Assembly: GCF_018350175.1 (NCBI RefSeq)
Contig: NC_058383.1
Location: 24,492,001-24,556,000 of the forward strand
DNA from: Felis catus
Lineage: Eukaryota
Direction of reading: 5' to 3'
Length of the DNA: 64,000 nucleotides
Both the position numbers and the translations under genes were made by a program. How positions within the stretch are numbered: position 1 is the first letter of the stretch; every line of letters begins with the position of its first letter. Below the pieces are notes generated by a model, which made no database searches, was not told where the DNA came from, and worked only from the letters and a program-made list of their open reading frames with translations. Below, one piece after another: positions 50,029 through 63,209 of the stretch.

Positions 50029-50218
50029 AGGGGCACTTGGTTCAGTTAAGAGTCTGACTTTGGCTCACGTCATGATCTCACATTCGTGAGTTCAAGCCCT
50101 TCATCAGGCTCTATGCTGACAGCTCATAGCCTGGAGCCTGCTTAGGATTCTGTGTCTCCCTCTCTCTCTCTGCCCCTCCCCTGCTCCCACTCTGTCTCTC
50201 TCAAAAATAAAAAAAAAT
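50029..50218 (+). mobile_element. Can-SINE
   Basis: TSD-like aaattttttttacactta. Confidence 0.88.
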
Positions 50219-50239
50219 TTTTTTTTAAATTTTTTACAC

Positions 50240-52530
50240 TTAATTTTTTTAATTCATATACAACAAAAAGGACTTTTTTGGTATATAAATGTTAACACAT
50301 GTATAGATTCACCACGATCAGAGAGCAGAAGTTTCATCATTTCAGTAAAATTTCTTGTACTGCCCCTTGTAGTCACACTCTCCCCTCAGCCAGAAGACCT
50401 GGCATTGTTGAGCTCTTCATTATTACTATAGTTTTGTCTTTTTGAGACCTTTTGAGAGTGCTTCTTTCACACAGCATACTACTTTGAGATTCATCCAAGT
50501 TTTTGGATATATCCATAGGTCCTTCCCTTTTATGCTAGGTAGTGTTCCATTGCATGGATATACCAGTTTGTTTACCCATTTATCCACTGGTGGATATTTG
50601 GGCTGTTTCCAGTTTTAGGCTGTTATGAATATAGCTGCTATAAACATTCATGCATGAGTTTTTATGTTAACATAAGTTTCTGTTCTTCTGGGATAAATGC
50701 TTGGGAATAGATTGCTGGGCCATATTTAAAGTTTATATATAACTTCATTTCAAAAATGCCTTGTAAAAGCAAAGTGTTCCTAATTCTTCCCTTCTATCTG
50801 CTGTGTCATTTCTGTTCTTCATTACACCTGTATATAAACTGTAATCATCAAATATATTGTTGCTCTTATTATTTTGAACAAACTGTTAGATCATCTAGGA
50901 ATAAGAAAAATCAAAGTATTTATTTTACCTTCACTTGTCCTTTCCTTAATGCTCCTCCTTTCTTTAAGTAAATCTGTGTTTCTGACAAATATTTTTCCTT
51001 CTTTCTGAAGAACTTCTTTTAACATTTCTTGCAAGGTACCTACTGGCAAATTCCCTCAATTTCTCTCTGTCTGAGAAAGTATTTGTTACTCCTTCACTTC
51101 TGAAGGATAATTTCTCAGGATAGAGAATTTTAGGTTGGTTGGGTTTTTTTTTCCTCTCAATACTTTTAATACTTCATTCCACTCTCTTCTTGTTTGTGTG
51201 TTTTCTGAGGAGAAGTAGAATGTAAGGCTTATTTTTGCTTCTCTAAAGGTATGGTGTTTCCCCCTGCCCCACCACTGGCATTTTTCAAGTTTTTTCTTTA
51301 ACTTTGATTTTCTACAGCTTGAATATCATATACCTAAGTGTCATTTTTGGCATTTATCCTGGATCTGTAGCTTGGTGTCTGACATTAATTTGGAGGAAAT
51401 TCTCAGTCATTAATGCTTCACATATTTTTTCCATTTCTTTCTCTGCTGCTTCTGGTATTTCCATTACCAGTGTGTTACACATCTTGTAGCTATCCCACAG
51501 TTCCTAGCCTTTCTGCTCCATTTCTTCCCCCATCTTATTTTCTTTTTAACTTTGCAAGTTTCTAGTGACATATTCTCAAACTTTTCTCAAATCTATTCTC
51601 AAAGATTCTTTCCTCAGCTGCGTCTAGTCTACTAATGAACCCATCAGATATATTCTCATTTCTGTTACAGTGTTTTTGCTCTCCAGCAAAGATTTCGTTA
51701 TTGTTGTTATTTAGATTTCTTGGATCACCTGTATAAACAGTCATGTCATCAGGGAAACTAAGACATTTTATTTCTTCTCTTCCAATCTGTATGCCTCCTC
51801 TTTCTTTTTCATGCCTCATTGTACTGTCTAGGATTTTAAGTATGATGTTGATAAGGAATTATGAGAGTGAAAATTCTTGCTTTGTCTTAGGGAAAAAGTA
51901 TTCCATCTTTCACCATTAACTGTTAGGGATCTTTCTTTCTTTCTTTCTTTCTATTCTTTATCCTTTTTTTTTGTTTTTTTATAGAAAAGCCTTAAATTTT
52001 ATTTATGTATTCATTCATTCATACATTCATTTGAGAGAGAATGAGCAGAGAAGGGACAGAGAGAGAGGAAGGACAGAGGATCTGAAGTTGGGATTGATGC
52101 AGGGCTCGAATTCATGAACCACAAGAGCATGACCTGAGCTGAAGTCAGAAGCTTAACTAACTGAGCCACCCAGGCACCTCTGGTTTTGTTTTTTAAAATC
52201 ACTTTGATATAGTATGATTGACATGTAAAAAACCATACATATTTCCAATATACAAGAGTATGGTGGTAGTATAGGTTTTTCATAGATGCCCTTTATCAAG
52301 CTGATAAGCTTCTTTCTATTTCTAGTTGGTTTAGAGGTTTTTATCATAAATGGATACTGAATTTTTTCAAGTGCTTTTTCCACATCTGTTGATACTATCA
52401 TGTGATTTTATTTTTTTAGATTGTTAATAGAGTATATTACATTGTTTGATTTTCAAATATTAAACAAGCCTCACATTACCATAAAAAACCCCAATTGGAC
52501 ATGATGTATTATTATTTTTATATATTTCCT
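50240..52530 (-). mobile_element. Degraded old L1 (L1M-type) fragments, interrupted by a SINE at ~51995-52179
   Basis: Minus-strand ORF remnants resemble L1 ORF2 RT (IVSTDVEKALEKIQYPFMIKT; GIQIGREEIKCLSFPDDMTVY); L1 3' motifs at 50500-50720. Confidence 0.78.
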
Positions 52531-52569
52531 GTACACTATGTACAATTCAAAAAGTTTTAATTTAAAACA

Positions 52570-52783
52570 TTTTTTTCTAATGTTTATTCATTTTTGAGAG
52601 ACAGAGAGAGACAGAACATGAGCAGGGGAAGGGCTGAGAGAGAGGGAGATGCAGAATCCGAAGCAGGCTCCAGGCTCCAAGCTATCAGCACAGAGTCTGA
52701 CGCAGGGCCTAAACCCACAACCTGTGAGATCATGACCTGACTGAGCTGAAGTCAGATGCTTAACTGAGCCACCCAGGTGCTCC
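52570..52783 (-). mobile_element. Can-SINE
   Basis: poly(T), body, head. Confidence 0.88.
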
Positions 52784-53593
52784 AAAGAGTTTTAATTTTT
52801 GATCACTCAACTCACAAATGTTGGGCTGATGAAACAAGTTAAATTAACGAAGCTTTATTTAGTCTTGGTAGCCATGAAATAAGAGAGTTTTTGAGTAAAT
52901 TAGCAACATCATGACACAAGAGTTAACACCGATTTGATATATCCTCGGGGAAGGGAAGAAAGCAGCAGCGTGGAAGGATTTTGACCAAATGTGAAACCCA
53001 AATGCTATAGGATCCCTATGAAGAAAAGGAGGAGAAGGAAATTAATGTTTTGGCGCACTTTTTTTTTTTTTTTAATGAGGGGTCAATTTTTGTTTTGAAA
53101 AGAATCTTTTTACAATAATTTCCAACTTACACAAAAGTTGCCAGAGCTATACAAAGAACTCCCATATCCTCGTTCACCCACATTGTCCAGTTGTTAATAT
53201 TTCACAGTATTTGTGGAGCACCTTTTACTGCTTCTGTAATGGCATCTACAACCAGGGCTAACAACTGATTCCATGACTACACTTGCATTACACAGCAGGC
53301 GTTATGTTGTGCTTGCCACTTTACTTACCTTGCTTACGGTCACTTGCCAAGGTATCCGTTATTACCCCTGTATCGTAGGTTATACTGTTGAGGCTTAGAA
53401 AAGTTGAGACAAACATGCCCAATGTTTCGTTGGCTAAGGAGAGGTTTTAGATCCAGACCCCACTCCAAAGCCTATGCTTGTTCCCATATCCATACCATAG
53501 ATAGGCAGAATCCTAAATTCAGGGAATTAAAGGTGTACCCATGACTAACATCTACTTGGTGGTCTGACCCTTCTCTCATGATTTCTATTTCAG

Positions 53594-53805
53594 GACCCCT
53601 CTTTTTGCTGAATGCTGAGGAAATCTCAGAGGAAGTAGGGAATATGTGGAGAACGATATATAAATTGACCAAGACTCTAGCTGATGTACCTGCACCCAGG
53701 CGGTTAGCAGAGAATGTGAAAATGAAGATTGAGAAATTCAAGCAACACATCCCTATCCTCAGCATTTCCTGCAACCCAGGGATGAAAGACCGGCACTGGC
53801 AGCAG
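53594..53805 (+). CDS. DNAH3: DNAH3 coding exon 18 (DHC_N2 region, NPGMKDRHWQQ motif)
   Basis: cag|(G)PLFLLNAEEISEEVGNMWRTIYKL..IPILSISCNPGMKDRHWQQ|gtgact; RHW motif typical of dynein heavy chains; phase 1-0. Confidence 0.96.
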
Positions 53806-56400
53806 GTGACTGTCACTGTCCACCTCTAGCCAGCCAGTCAATGCCTATGCCTACCTGGTCCTGGTCGCCCTTTGGAAGGCAGGAACCATTACTGGGTCAA
53901 GCCTCTCCTTTCTGAAAGGAAAATCTGCTTGAAGCCAAGGGGTTAATAATGGGAGGGAAAGTCTTTTAAAGGAAGGAAATAGGCAGGATACAGGATGAAA
54001 TGCCTGCCTCTCCACATAAACAGGTTGACCCCTTTCTTTGGAGATCCCATTATTGATGATTGAATATTGCTTCAGCCAGTGGCTAGAAAGACTCTTGTAG
54101 TCTGCTTTTGTAAGCAAGTGGCTGCTCAGGACCCTAAAGGATGATAAGGGCATTGAATTACAGTGAGAGGGGCCTGGGTTTGTCCCTTGATGAAGGACAC
54201 ACAAAAGAGAAAGCCATGCCTTTTCCTGGGGCCTCTTGACAATGCCAGATGATTCCTGCTTGGGCCAATGATATTGTAGAGCTTCATCGTCCAGCAGGCT
54301 ATGTTCGGAAATAATACCTCACTCTTCTTTCAGCCCTTTGAGTCTATAAATGAGAATAATAAATATTCTCCTCTAAAAATAGTTGGGACTTTTATAAGCA
54401 ACTAAGTGTGAGGGTGATAAGTGTGGTGTGAACACTAAGCAGAAAAAAGAAAACTGACTGTGTTTCTAAAATAATCATCACATTCAAGGGCTAGAAATGG
54501 CCTTGAAACGTCCTCTACCAGGGAGTTGGAGTTGAGACTGCCTCTCCATAGGCAGATTTCTCTGTGACTTGGCCTAGAATTCCCTCTTTCGGAAACATGC
54601 ACGAGACTGAGGACATGTCTCTGGAAGGACCTAATCTGAGAGCACACCCATTACCTTCCAGAGAATGAAGTCTGAGCTCAGAGCATTTTGATCTCTCTGG
54701 GAAGACCAAGATCTTGATATGTCAGAGATTCTGGATTTTTCTGTAAAGAAGAACTGCTTTCAGTTTCCCAGAAAGCCTTGAAACTCAACACCTAAGTAAA
54801 GGGTGTAAAGGAGGGCAGGGGAGAGGTCCTCTTAGGAGACTTATGGTCTTGGGCTGTCTCAGCAGAGAGGGCTGCACAGGAGCACCTGCCCCCACTTGGT
54901 GCTCATAGGGTGCCCCTATGGACCTAGCCTGACTAGTACATTGGCCCATTTGGAGGGTTGGGGAGGTTGGATAGACAAGTGGCCTTTGGTGTAGTGCTAG
55001 GTCTCTCCAGGAGATGGCGCTATAGAAAGTGCCCTCATCAATGGCCTTTAAAAAACCCCTCAGGAGACTCGGAAAGCCATCTCCTCCACCTGGTCCTTTC
55101 CCTTTGATGATGCTATTCCCACATGTAGACACTTTAAAAATCCCAACCATTCCTAGACATTCATAATTCTCATTTACAGATCACTTAGATGGACAGAATG
55201 GGAAAAAATTCCTTAGAAGAATAATAACAGTAATAGCTCAAACATAGTTCATACCAACTATGAACTAGGCACTGTGTTGTATACTTTGTGTGGATTCCCT
55301 CATTTTATCCTCTCAACAACCCTTTGAAGTAGGGATGATCATCTCCACAGATAAGAAAACTGAGGCTTTGGAGAGAATAAGTAAATTGTCATGTGACTAG
55401 TAAGTGGTGGGAGAGGGAATTGGAATCTAGGTCTATGACTCAGCCTAGATGGGGGAAATGGGGAAAGAAATATCAGGTCAGAGGGGACAGTAAGCTGTAG
55501 GTAAGAGTGGAATATAGCCCCAAGAAGGTGGCTCCTGAATAATGAGCCCCTAAAGTGGAACCCCAGTGGGCTGAACAGTTACAAGTGAGCTCAGACAGGA
55601 AAGAGGCCACCAGATACATAAAAGGGGTGCCCACAGTCAGAGGCCTGTCCTGCCTGCATTGTAGGTCAAACCACAAGCCACCCTAGTGACAGCCACCGGC
55701 CGAGGGGAACCATTCTCTGCCCAAATGCCTAACTCAAGAGATCCATTTGTACAGGTTCTGGCTCAGGCAGGGGGCTCTGAAGGCTAAACCACCTCTTGCT
55801 GTCAAGGCTACCAAATGTAACTTCTGGGGTCATAGGGTGGCTGTGCTGTGGTTTCTGACCATTTCCCAGAACTTAAGCAGGTAGGGCTAGTCCCTTTATT
55901 TGAGGCACTGATATCAGCAAAGGGGTTGCTACTGTGATTTAAAACAAGATGGAACAGGGTGACATTTGACTTAGGAAGAAACCACGGTGATGTGTACTAA
56001 AGCTAGCCCTCTAGGACCATCCTGCCCAATGAAAATAATACAAGCCGTATGTCTAGTGTTAAAGTTTCTAGTAGCCATGTTTTTTAAAAGCAGTGGCAGA
56101 TGAAAAAAATTTACATTTCATTTAACCAAACATATTCAAAATATTTTTTCAATAGGTAGTCGATGTAAAAAAATGTTAATGTGATCTCATATTTTTCATA
56201 TTAAGTCTTGGAAACATGGTATTCTTTTACACCTAGAGCGGATCTCAGTTTGGGCCAGTCACATTTCAAGTTCTTAATAGCCACAAGAAGCTAGTGGCTC
56301 CATAGTAGACAGGGCAGCTGCAAGCTCTTAGAATTAGAAAGCCAGATGTTTTGTTAGTCTCTATAATTAACAAAAGCAATTACAAAAAAAAAAAAAAATA

Positions 56401-56600
56401 GGGGCGCTTGGGTGGCTCAGTCAGTTAAGCATCTGACTTTGGCTCAGGTCATGATCTCGCTGTTCGTGAGTTCAAGCCCTGCATAGGACTCTGTGCTGAC
56501 AACTCAGAGCCTGGAGCTTGCTTCAGATTATGTGTCTCCCTCTCTCTCTGCCCCTCCCCCACTCATGCTCTGTCTATCAAAAATAAATGTTGAAACAAAT
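56401..56600 (+). mobile_element. Can-SINE
   Basis: ggggcgcttgggtggctcag head. Confidence 0.9.
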
Positions 56601-58135
56601 TTTTTAATAATAAATAAAACTACCAATCTCTGAGTTGGCCAAGTCCTATGCCAAATGCTTTATGTAGTTATGTCATTTAATCCTAGAGATAGTGTGTGTT
56701 CTAAGCCGTATTTTCAGGTATTGAGAATAAATCAAAGTCCAGGGCCACCAGGAAAGTTGTGCAGACTGCAATTCACAACTCTAGGGAATGCTGTTCGTGT
56801 GTGCTACAGTGTGAATTGTACTTTTTAGAGTTATGCAGTGTATAACCTTCACAACTGTACATAGAAGACCTAAGAGCCCCACTAGATGTGATGAAGAAGA
56901 GCTTTTCAGGCAGAACTGGATCCAAGTCCCAATTCTGCCATTTACTAGTTGGATGGTCTTGGACAAGGTACTTATTTTCTTTGTCTGAGTTTCCTTATGT
57001 GTAAAACAAGAGTAATAGTACATTAGTATCTTCCTCATCATATTGAGGGAATGAAATGAGTGTATAAAAGTCTTAAAACAGTGCCTACTTCATAGTAAGC
57101 CCTCAGTAAGTGTTTATTACTTCTGATTTCTACTATGCTAGTGGTCCTCCAGGTGTCCTCAGGACCCAGATTGGAAGCCATTTGAATTAGCTGGTTCACT
57201 CATGCTTTTGCTCTGCAAATACTTATTGATGCCTACTGACTGCCAGGCCCTGGGGACACAGGGCTAAGTAGGACAGAACAGCCTGCACCTCTCACATTGC
57301 TTTCTGCTCTGACATTCTGTAGTCCTCCTGGGGTTGAACAGAGACAAAATTGGGCAGTAGGTGAGATTTCTTACAGAGCCTCATTATCCTTCAGTCTTCT
57401 TGCTCCTCCTCTTGAGCACATGTAACCCTCATCCTCCCCCAGATCTCTGTCTTTGAGAAGAGTATTCAAAGCCATCAGAGATTTCAAGTGAGACCTTCTT
57501 CAGGGATATTTTCACTTAAAAGACAAGCGTGGGGTAGTATTTACACCAAAGGAATGGGCACAGTTGCGAACTGTTCCAACAAGTTAGCACACTGGGGTGG
57601 AAAGGAAGATATTTGGACAGAGTGGATTTCTTCCTTCTCGGCATCCTCAGATCACAGAATTTGTGTGGAGGGGGTCTGTGTACTCATGACTTCCTCCTTT
57701 TACTCAGCAAACACTGAAGCTTCTGTCACGGACCAGGCTTTGCACTAGGAGCACGAAAACAAACCAGATCCGGTTGCACCCCCAGGATGCTCACAAGTTG
57801 ACACCACTGGTCCTCACAAAGACCACCGAGTGCTGCTGGGTAGAGACCCCCAGTAAGCCAGATGGAATGAAGTGCGGGCCCTAGGCAGCCTCCCACATTT
57901 TTAGACCTGCACCATCCAATTCATTTGCCACTAGCTGTACACAGCTATTCAATTTTAAGTAAAAGTAGATTTAAAAAATCAGCTCCTCAATCACAGTAGC
58001 CACATTTCCAGGGCTCAATGGCCAAATGTGACTGGTGGCTACTGTAAGGGACAGCGCAGAGTACAACATCATGGAAAGCCTACTGGCCAGTGCTACCTTG
58101 GACAGTACACACTTGTTTTCTTCTTTTTTCTGCAG

Positions 58136-58227
58136 ATCAGTGAGATCGTCGGCTATGAAATAAAACTCACAGAAACAACTTGCCTTTCAAATATGCTGGA
58201 ATACGGATTCGGCAAATTTGTTGACAA
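58136..58227 (+). CDS. DNAH3: DNAH3 coding exon 19
   Basis: cag|ISEIVGYEIKLTETTCLSNMLEYGFGKFVD(K)|gtaaga; phase 0-2. Confidence 0.95.
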
Positions 58228-58605
58228 GTAAGACTCCTTCTCTCCTTCGGGAAGCTTTTCCATCAAAGTATCTAAGTTCCTACAGGATATGACTGACCTC
58301 AGGCTGTTTTTCTCTTTATGGTTCAGGGTAACTTAAGCATTTTTAATAACCTCCACCTTGGGTGATTAGCTACTGGTGAAACTCACTTTCAGCTGCTGGG
58401 TTGATGATGGATTATAACTAGAAAATTGAATCAGAGATTTTATTTTAAAGGGAAATTACAAAAAACAAACAAAAAAGCTCTTGGAACCTGAGCTCCAAGC
58501 CCAGGTCTCAGTGACTTCAGGTAAAACTGTTCCACCTTTTCTGGGCTTCAGTTTCTTCCTCCCTTCCTCCCTCCTTCCCACCCTCCTTTCCTTCCTCCCT
58601 CCCTC

Positions 58606-58769
58606 CTGAGAGAGAGAGAGAGAGAGGCAGAAAGAGAGGGACAGAGGATCCGAAGTGGGCTCTGTACTGACAGCAGAGAGTCCAATGCAGGGCTCAAACT
58701 CATGATCCATGAGATCACGACCCGAGTGGGAGTTGGATGCTCAACCGATCAAGCCACCCAGGCACCCCC
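58606..58769 (-). mobile_element. Can-SINE next to a (CCTT/CCCT)n low-complexity tract
   Basis: (GA)n, body, ends gccacccaggcacccc. Confidence 0.85.
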
Positions 58770-59054
58770 AGTTTCCTCTTTTGAACAAAAAACCAACAAT
58801 AAACAGGAGCATCTCTCTGAGTTCTTAGAGTCCGGGAAACATGGTCCAGTGAGAGAATGTTTCACTTGCTTTCTCCTTTTCTCCAAATGCCCCTAGAGTC
58901 TGTGTGCAAGAAATTGTGTTCTTTGAATTGCTGTTTTCAGGACCCAGAGACTCGTTGGACCTTGACTGTCCACACCTCCAGGGCAGGGGATGGGAGATAC
59001 TGTATTGCCTGGACCGGAGTCCCTGTCAGACAGCTGGGTTCAGGTCTAACTCGA

Positions 59055-59555
59055 CACATGCTTCTCAGAGTATGGCCCCAGACCAGCTGCATCAGCATCA
59101 CCTGGGAACCTATTAGAATTGTATATTCTCGGGCCCCACCCCAGTCTGCTGAATCAGAAATTCTGGGTGTGGACCCTGCAATCTATGCTTTAACCGGCTT
59201 TTCGGATCAGCACTGTCCAGTCCAGAAGCCACCAGCCACATATCCTACTGAGCCCTTTAAATGTAACTATTCTGAATTAGAGGTGAGGCAAATATAAATA
59301 GAGGCTGGGTTTCAAAGGCTTATTAAGAAAAAAAAGCAAAATGTCTAATGAGTTTTAATATTGATTATGTTGAAATGAATATTTTTGATATACTGAATTA
59401 AATAAATTATTAAAAATTTTTTCACCTGTTTCTTTTTACATTTTCAAAATATGGCTACTGGAAACCTTAAAGTGACATGTGACCCACCTTTTATTTTATT
59501 TAGAATGGGCAGTACTGCTTCAGGTGATTCTGATGCATGCCAGAGTTTGGAACCC
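59055..59555. mobile_element. MER5A-like element with a nested MER3-like insert
   Basis: cttctcagagtatggccccagaccagctgcatcagcatcacctgggaac..(insert ~59210-59515)..caggtgattctgatgcatgccagagtttggaacc. Confidence 0.7.
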
Positions 59556-59668
59556 CTTTCTCCATCCCTGTGGGATAGGCCCCCAAATCTCTCTGCCATC
59601 TGAATGCTCTGATTCCCAACCCCCTAATACCACCATTGTAGTCCCTTTGTGAGGAGGAAGCCTAGAGA

Positions 59669-59713
59669 CAGATTAGTGAGATTGTTGGCTATGAAATAAA
59701 ACCCACAGAAACG
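59669..59713 (+). pseudogene. Partial intronic duplicate of DNAH3 exon 19 (ISEIVGYEIKPTET)
   Basis: cagattagtgagattgttggctatgaaataaaacccacagaaacg versus 58133-58177 cagatcagtgagatcgtcggctatgaaataaaactcacagaaaca: 40/45 identical. Confidence 0.88.
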
Positions 59714-61222
59714 GTGTAGGTTATTTCATGAAAAGGCTTCATTTTCCCCGATAAGATAGATGTTTCTAAGAGAGACCAGCTATAGAACATTTATGCTGCA
59801 CCAACATTTAATAAACATTAACCAACCACTATAACCTAATGTTGTAGCTACTATTATTATTCCTATTTTACAGATGAGGAAGTAAGTTGATCTGAGTGTT
59901 TAGGTAACTTGACAGAGGTCACAGCTAGTAACTCAATGAACCAAGACTGGAGCCCAGACTGGCTGATTCGAGAGCCTAACGTATTGTTACCCTGTACTGC
60001 CTAAAAAATAAACTCCTCTAAGGAGACGGAAACCAAGCAAACACACAGCAACTCTGCCACTTTCCATGCCAGCTGGCCCCACTGTGACAAACCCAGAAGT
60101 GGTGACACCTTGGCTAAGTTGTTTGCCTCTGTGTGTCTCAGTATCCTTATCTGTAAAATGGGAAGAAGAATAGTAGCTGGGCGATTAGAGTCATGTTGAG
60201 TGTTATGAGGTAAGACATATAACCTGAGCTGAGTTAACGTCTAAGTTCTCAGCCACAACCTGTTAATGAGGCGTGCAGTCCCAGGTCTCCATCATCCCAT
60301 AGTTAATGCAACTTTGTCACATCACACTGTTAGTGGGCTCCTTTAGCACATTTGGTTAAGGTCAACTGTTGCTGGGCTTCAGGGATGCCCAAACTTATTA
60401 ATGCTTCTCCTGTGTAATATTTTGCATAATTATAAGTCATAAAGCATGTTGCAAACATTTTATCTTATTTAATTATACCAACAACCCCTGATATGTGCAG
60501 AGGCAGACCCACTACGGCCTGTTGAGTGACTTGGTCACAGACATGCAGACAGCCTCTTTGTCTCACTCCCACCTGGGCTGGCACCTGCCTTTATTAATTA
60601 TTCCCTAAATGCACACTCATTTTGTCATCTCCCAAGAAGGCCACGTTTAGGATGATGACCATGCTGCTGAAGTCTTGATCAGTCATTCATTGGAATGGGC
60701 CTCATCCACTACCCTCAAGGAAGCTGAGCAAAGGTTCTCAGCTCTGTTTAGTTGACCCTATTTGGCTGACCATGTGTGGACAATTCTCTTGCTCCTTCTG
60801 ATAAGGAGAAGAGAAAAGGCACATAGTGGAGGAGGAAGAAACACTGGATTGGAAGTCAGAGGAACTAGTGTCTGGACCTGGTTCCAGCACTCCCTGGCTG
60901 CAATTGAGGCTTTGGGGTTATCACTTGCTTCATCTGGGCTTCAGTTGCTTATATGCAAAGACCAGATAGTGTCATCTCCAGTCAAGCTTGCAATGAAAGA
61001 CAAGTGCCGAGGCAGAGAGAATAATCCCTCCTTCTCCTTCCAAGAACTTGGCTTCCTGGTTCTTCCCAATTCCCAGGCCACACCTGAGTTTAGGACCCCA
61101 ACTCTCCATGTGGAAGCAAGAAGAAAGGAACTTGTCTTCCCCTTTTCTGTGGAACAGAGGGGCTATGGATGTGAACCCAGCATATCAGGAAAATAGCAGT
61201 GATTTTTAAAAAGGTAGGGACA

Positions 61223-61384
61223 TGGGCACCTGCGTGGCTCAGTTGGTTGGGTGTCCGACTTCAACCCAGGTCATGATCTCTTGGTCCATGAGATCATGGA
61301 CTCTGTGTTGGGCTCTGTGCTGACAACTGAGAGCCTGGAGTCTGCTTCAGATTCTGCCTCCCTCTCTCTCTGCCCCTCGCTCAT

Positions 61385-61429
<45 letters not shown>

Positions 61430-61570
61430 AATAAGTAAACATTAAAATTAAAAAGGTAGGGCAGGGGCTCCTGGCTGGCTCACTTGGTAGAGCATGTGAC
61501 TCTTGATCTTGGGATTGTGAGTTCGAGCCCCATATTGGGTATACAGATTATGTTTAAAAAAAAAAAAAAA
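61223..61570 (+). mobile_element. Two tandem Can-SINEs (61223-61455 and 61464-61570)
   Basis: Two heads and tails; aaaaaggtaggg repeated at the junctions. Confidence 0.86.
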
Positions 61571-62245
61571 GCAGGGACAGGAAGTGGAACAAAGCCATCG
61601 TGTAAATTAATAGAAGTTCTAACATCTAAATAGGAAGTCAATAATAATTCTGGGGGAAATAAGGAGTAAATGAAAATAGAGAAAAGGGGGTCTTATTTTA
61701 ATGGCTTTGAAAGAATGGTTCTCACCTGGGGACAATCCACCCCACCCCCACTGGGAAACATTTGACAATATCTGGAGACATTTTCGATTGCCACAACTGG
61801 CAAGAGGTGGGAGCAGGGGAGTCTGCTACTGGCATCTATTGAGTAGATGCCAAGGATGCTACTAAACATCCTCCAATGTACAGGACAGCCCCCTCTCCCA
61901 ACAGAGTTAATTAGTATTCGTTTGCTAGGGCTGCTATAACAAATACATTAGGCTGGGTGGCATAAACAACAGAAACTTATTTTCTCATAGTTCTGGATGC
62001 TGGAGGTCCAAGATCAAGGCATTGGCAGAATTGGTTTCTTGTGGGGACTCTCTTTTTGGTTTGCAGAAGACTGCTTTCTCCCTGTATCCTCACATGGTCT
62101 TACCTCTGTGTGTGTCTGTCTTAATTTCATGTAAGGACCCCAGTCATATTGGATTAGAACCCATCCTAATGACCTCATTTTAACTGAACTATCTCTAACT
62201 GATCTCTTTTTTAAGATTTTTTTATTTTTTATTTTTTTAAAAAAA

Positions 62246-62458
62246 TTTTTTTTTCCAACGTTTATTTATTTTTGGGACAGAGAGAGACACAGAGCATGAA
62301 TGGGGGAGGGGCAGAGAGAGGGAGACATAGAATCGGAAACAGGTTCCAGGCTCTGAGCCCTCAGCCCAGAGCCTGACGCGGGGCTCAAACTCACGGACCG
62401 CAAGATCGTGACCTGGCTGAAGTCGGACGCTTAACCGACTGCGCCACCCAGGCGCCCC
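62246..62458 (-). mobile_element. Young SINEC_Fc-type element
   Basis: CpG-rich intact body; TSD ctcttttttaagatttt. Confidence 0.93.
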
Positions 62459-62571
62459 TCTTTTTTAAGATTTTAATTCCAGTATATTAGTGTTATATTA
62501 GTTTCAGATGTACAATATAGTGATCAACAACTCTGTACATAACTAAACTACCTCTTTAAAGACCCTATCTC

Positions 62572-62780
62572 TGGGGCACCTGGGTTGGCTCAGTGGGTTA
62601 AGCGTCTGACTCTTGATTTCGCCCAGATCATGATCCAACGGTTTCGTGAGTTTGAGCCCAACGTTGGGCTCTCCACAGCTGGCAGCACAGAGCCTGCTTG
62701 GGATTCTCTGCCCCCCCCCCCGCTCCTCCCCCCACTCACAATGTCCCCTGTCTTTCTCAAATAAATAAACTTCAAAAATA
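62572..62780 (+). mobile_element. Can-SINE
   Basis: TSD taaagaccctatctc. Confidence 0.9.
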
Positions 62781-63094
62781 AAAGTAAAGACCCTATCTCC
62801 AAACGGGATACCCCTCATTCTCAGATTCTGGGGTTTAGGACTTCAATACATAATTTTGGGGGGGGATGCAATTCAGCCCATAACACAGCCCGTACGCCAC
62901 TGGTGCTGAGGGTAAGAAACTCTGCAAAACACTGGAGGTAACCAGCACGTCTTAGAGCCGCGTGTTATTAAACATTTTAGTAAAATTAAGGGCATTTTGA
63001 ATTTGTCTTAAGGATGAACCAAAATTACTCCTCTGCCATGTTTTCACTGCCCTCCTTCCTCCTGTTGATGTTGCTATTGCTGTGTTCTCTCTAG

Positions 63095-63209
63095 ACTGGA
63101 GCCCATTGGTGCAGCCGCCAGTAAGGAATACTCTCTGGAGAAAAACCTGGAAAAAATGAAGTTAGACTGGGTTAACATGACGTTCAACTTTGTGAAGTAC
63201 AGGGACACT
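63095..63209 (+). CDS. DNAH3: DNAH3 coding exon 20 (gene continues beyond the window)
   Basis: tag|(K)LEPIGAAASKEYSLEKNLEKMKLDWVNMTFNFVKYRDT|gtgagt; ASKEYSLE motif typical of dynein heavy chains; phase 2-0. Confidence 0.96.

Larger units (their letters stand above)
61716..62925. mobile_element. MER20-like element interrupted by an MLT1 LTR (~61910-62887), which itself carries two SINEs
   Basis: MER20 motifs tggttctcacctgggg..gctactggcatctattgagtagatgcc; MLT1 motifs ttgctagggctgctataacaaata..aggacttcaatacataattttggggggg..attcagcccataaca. Confidence 0.72.
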
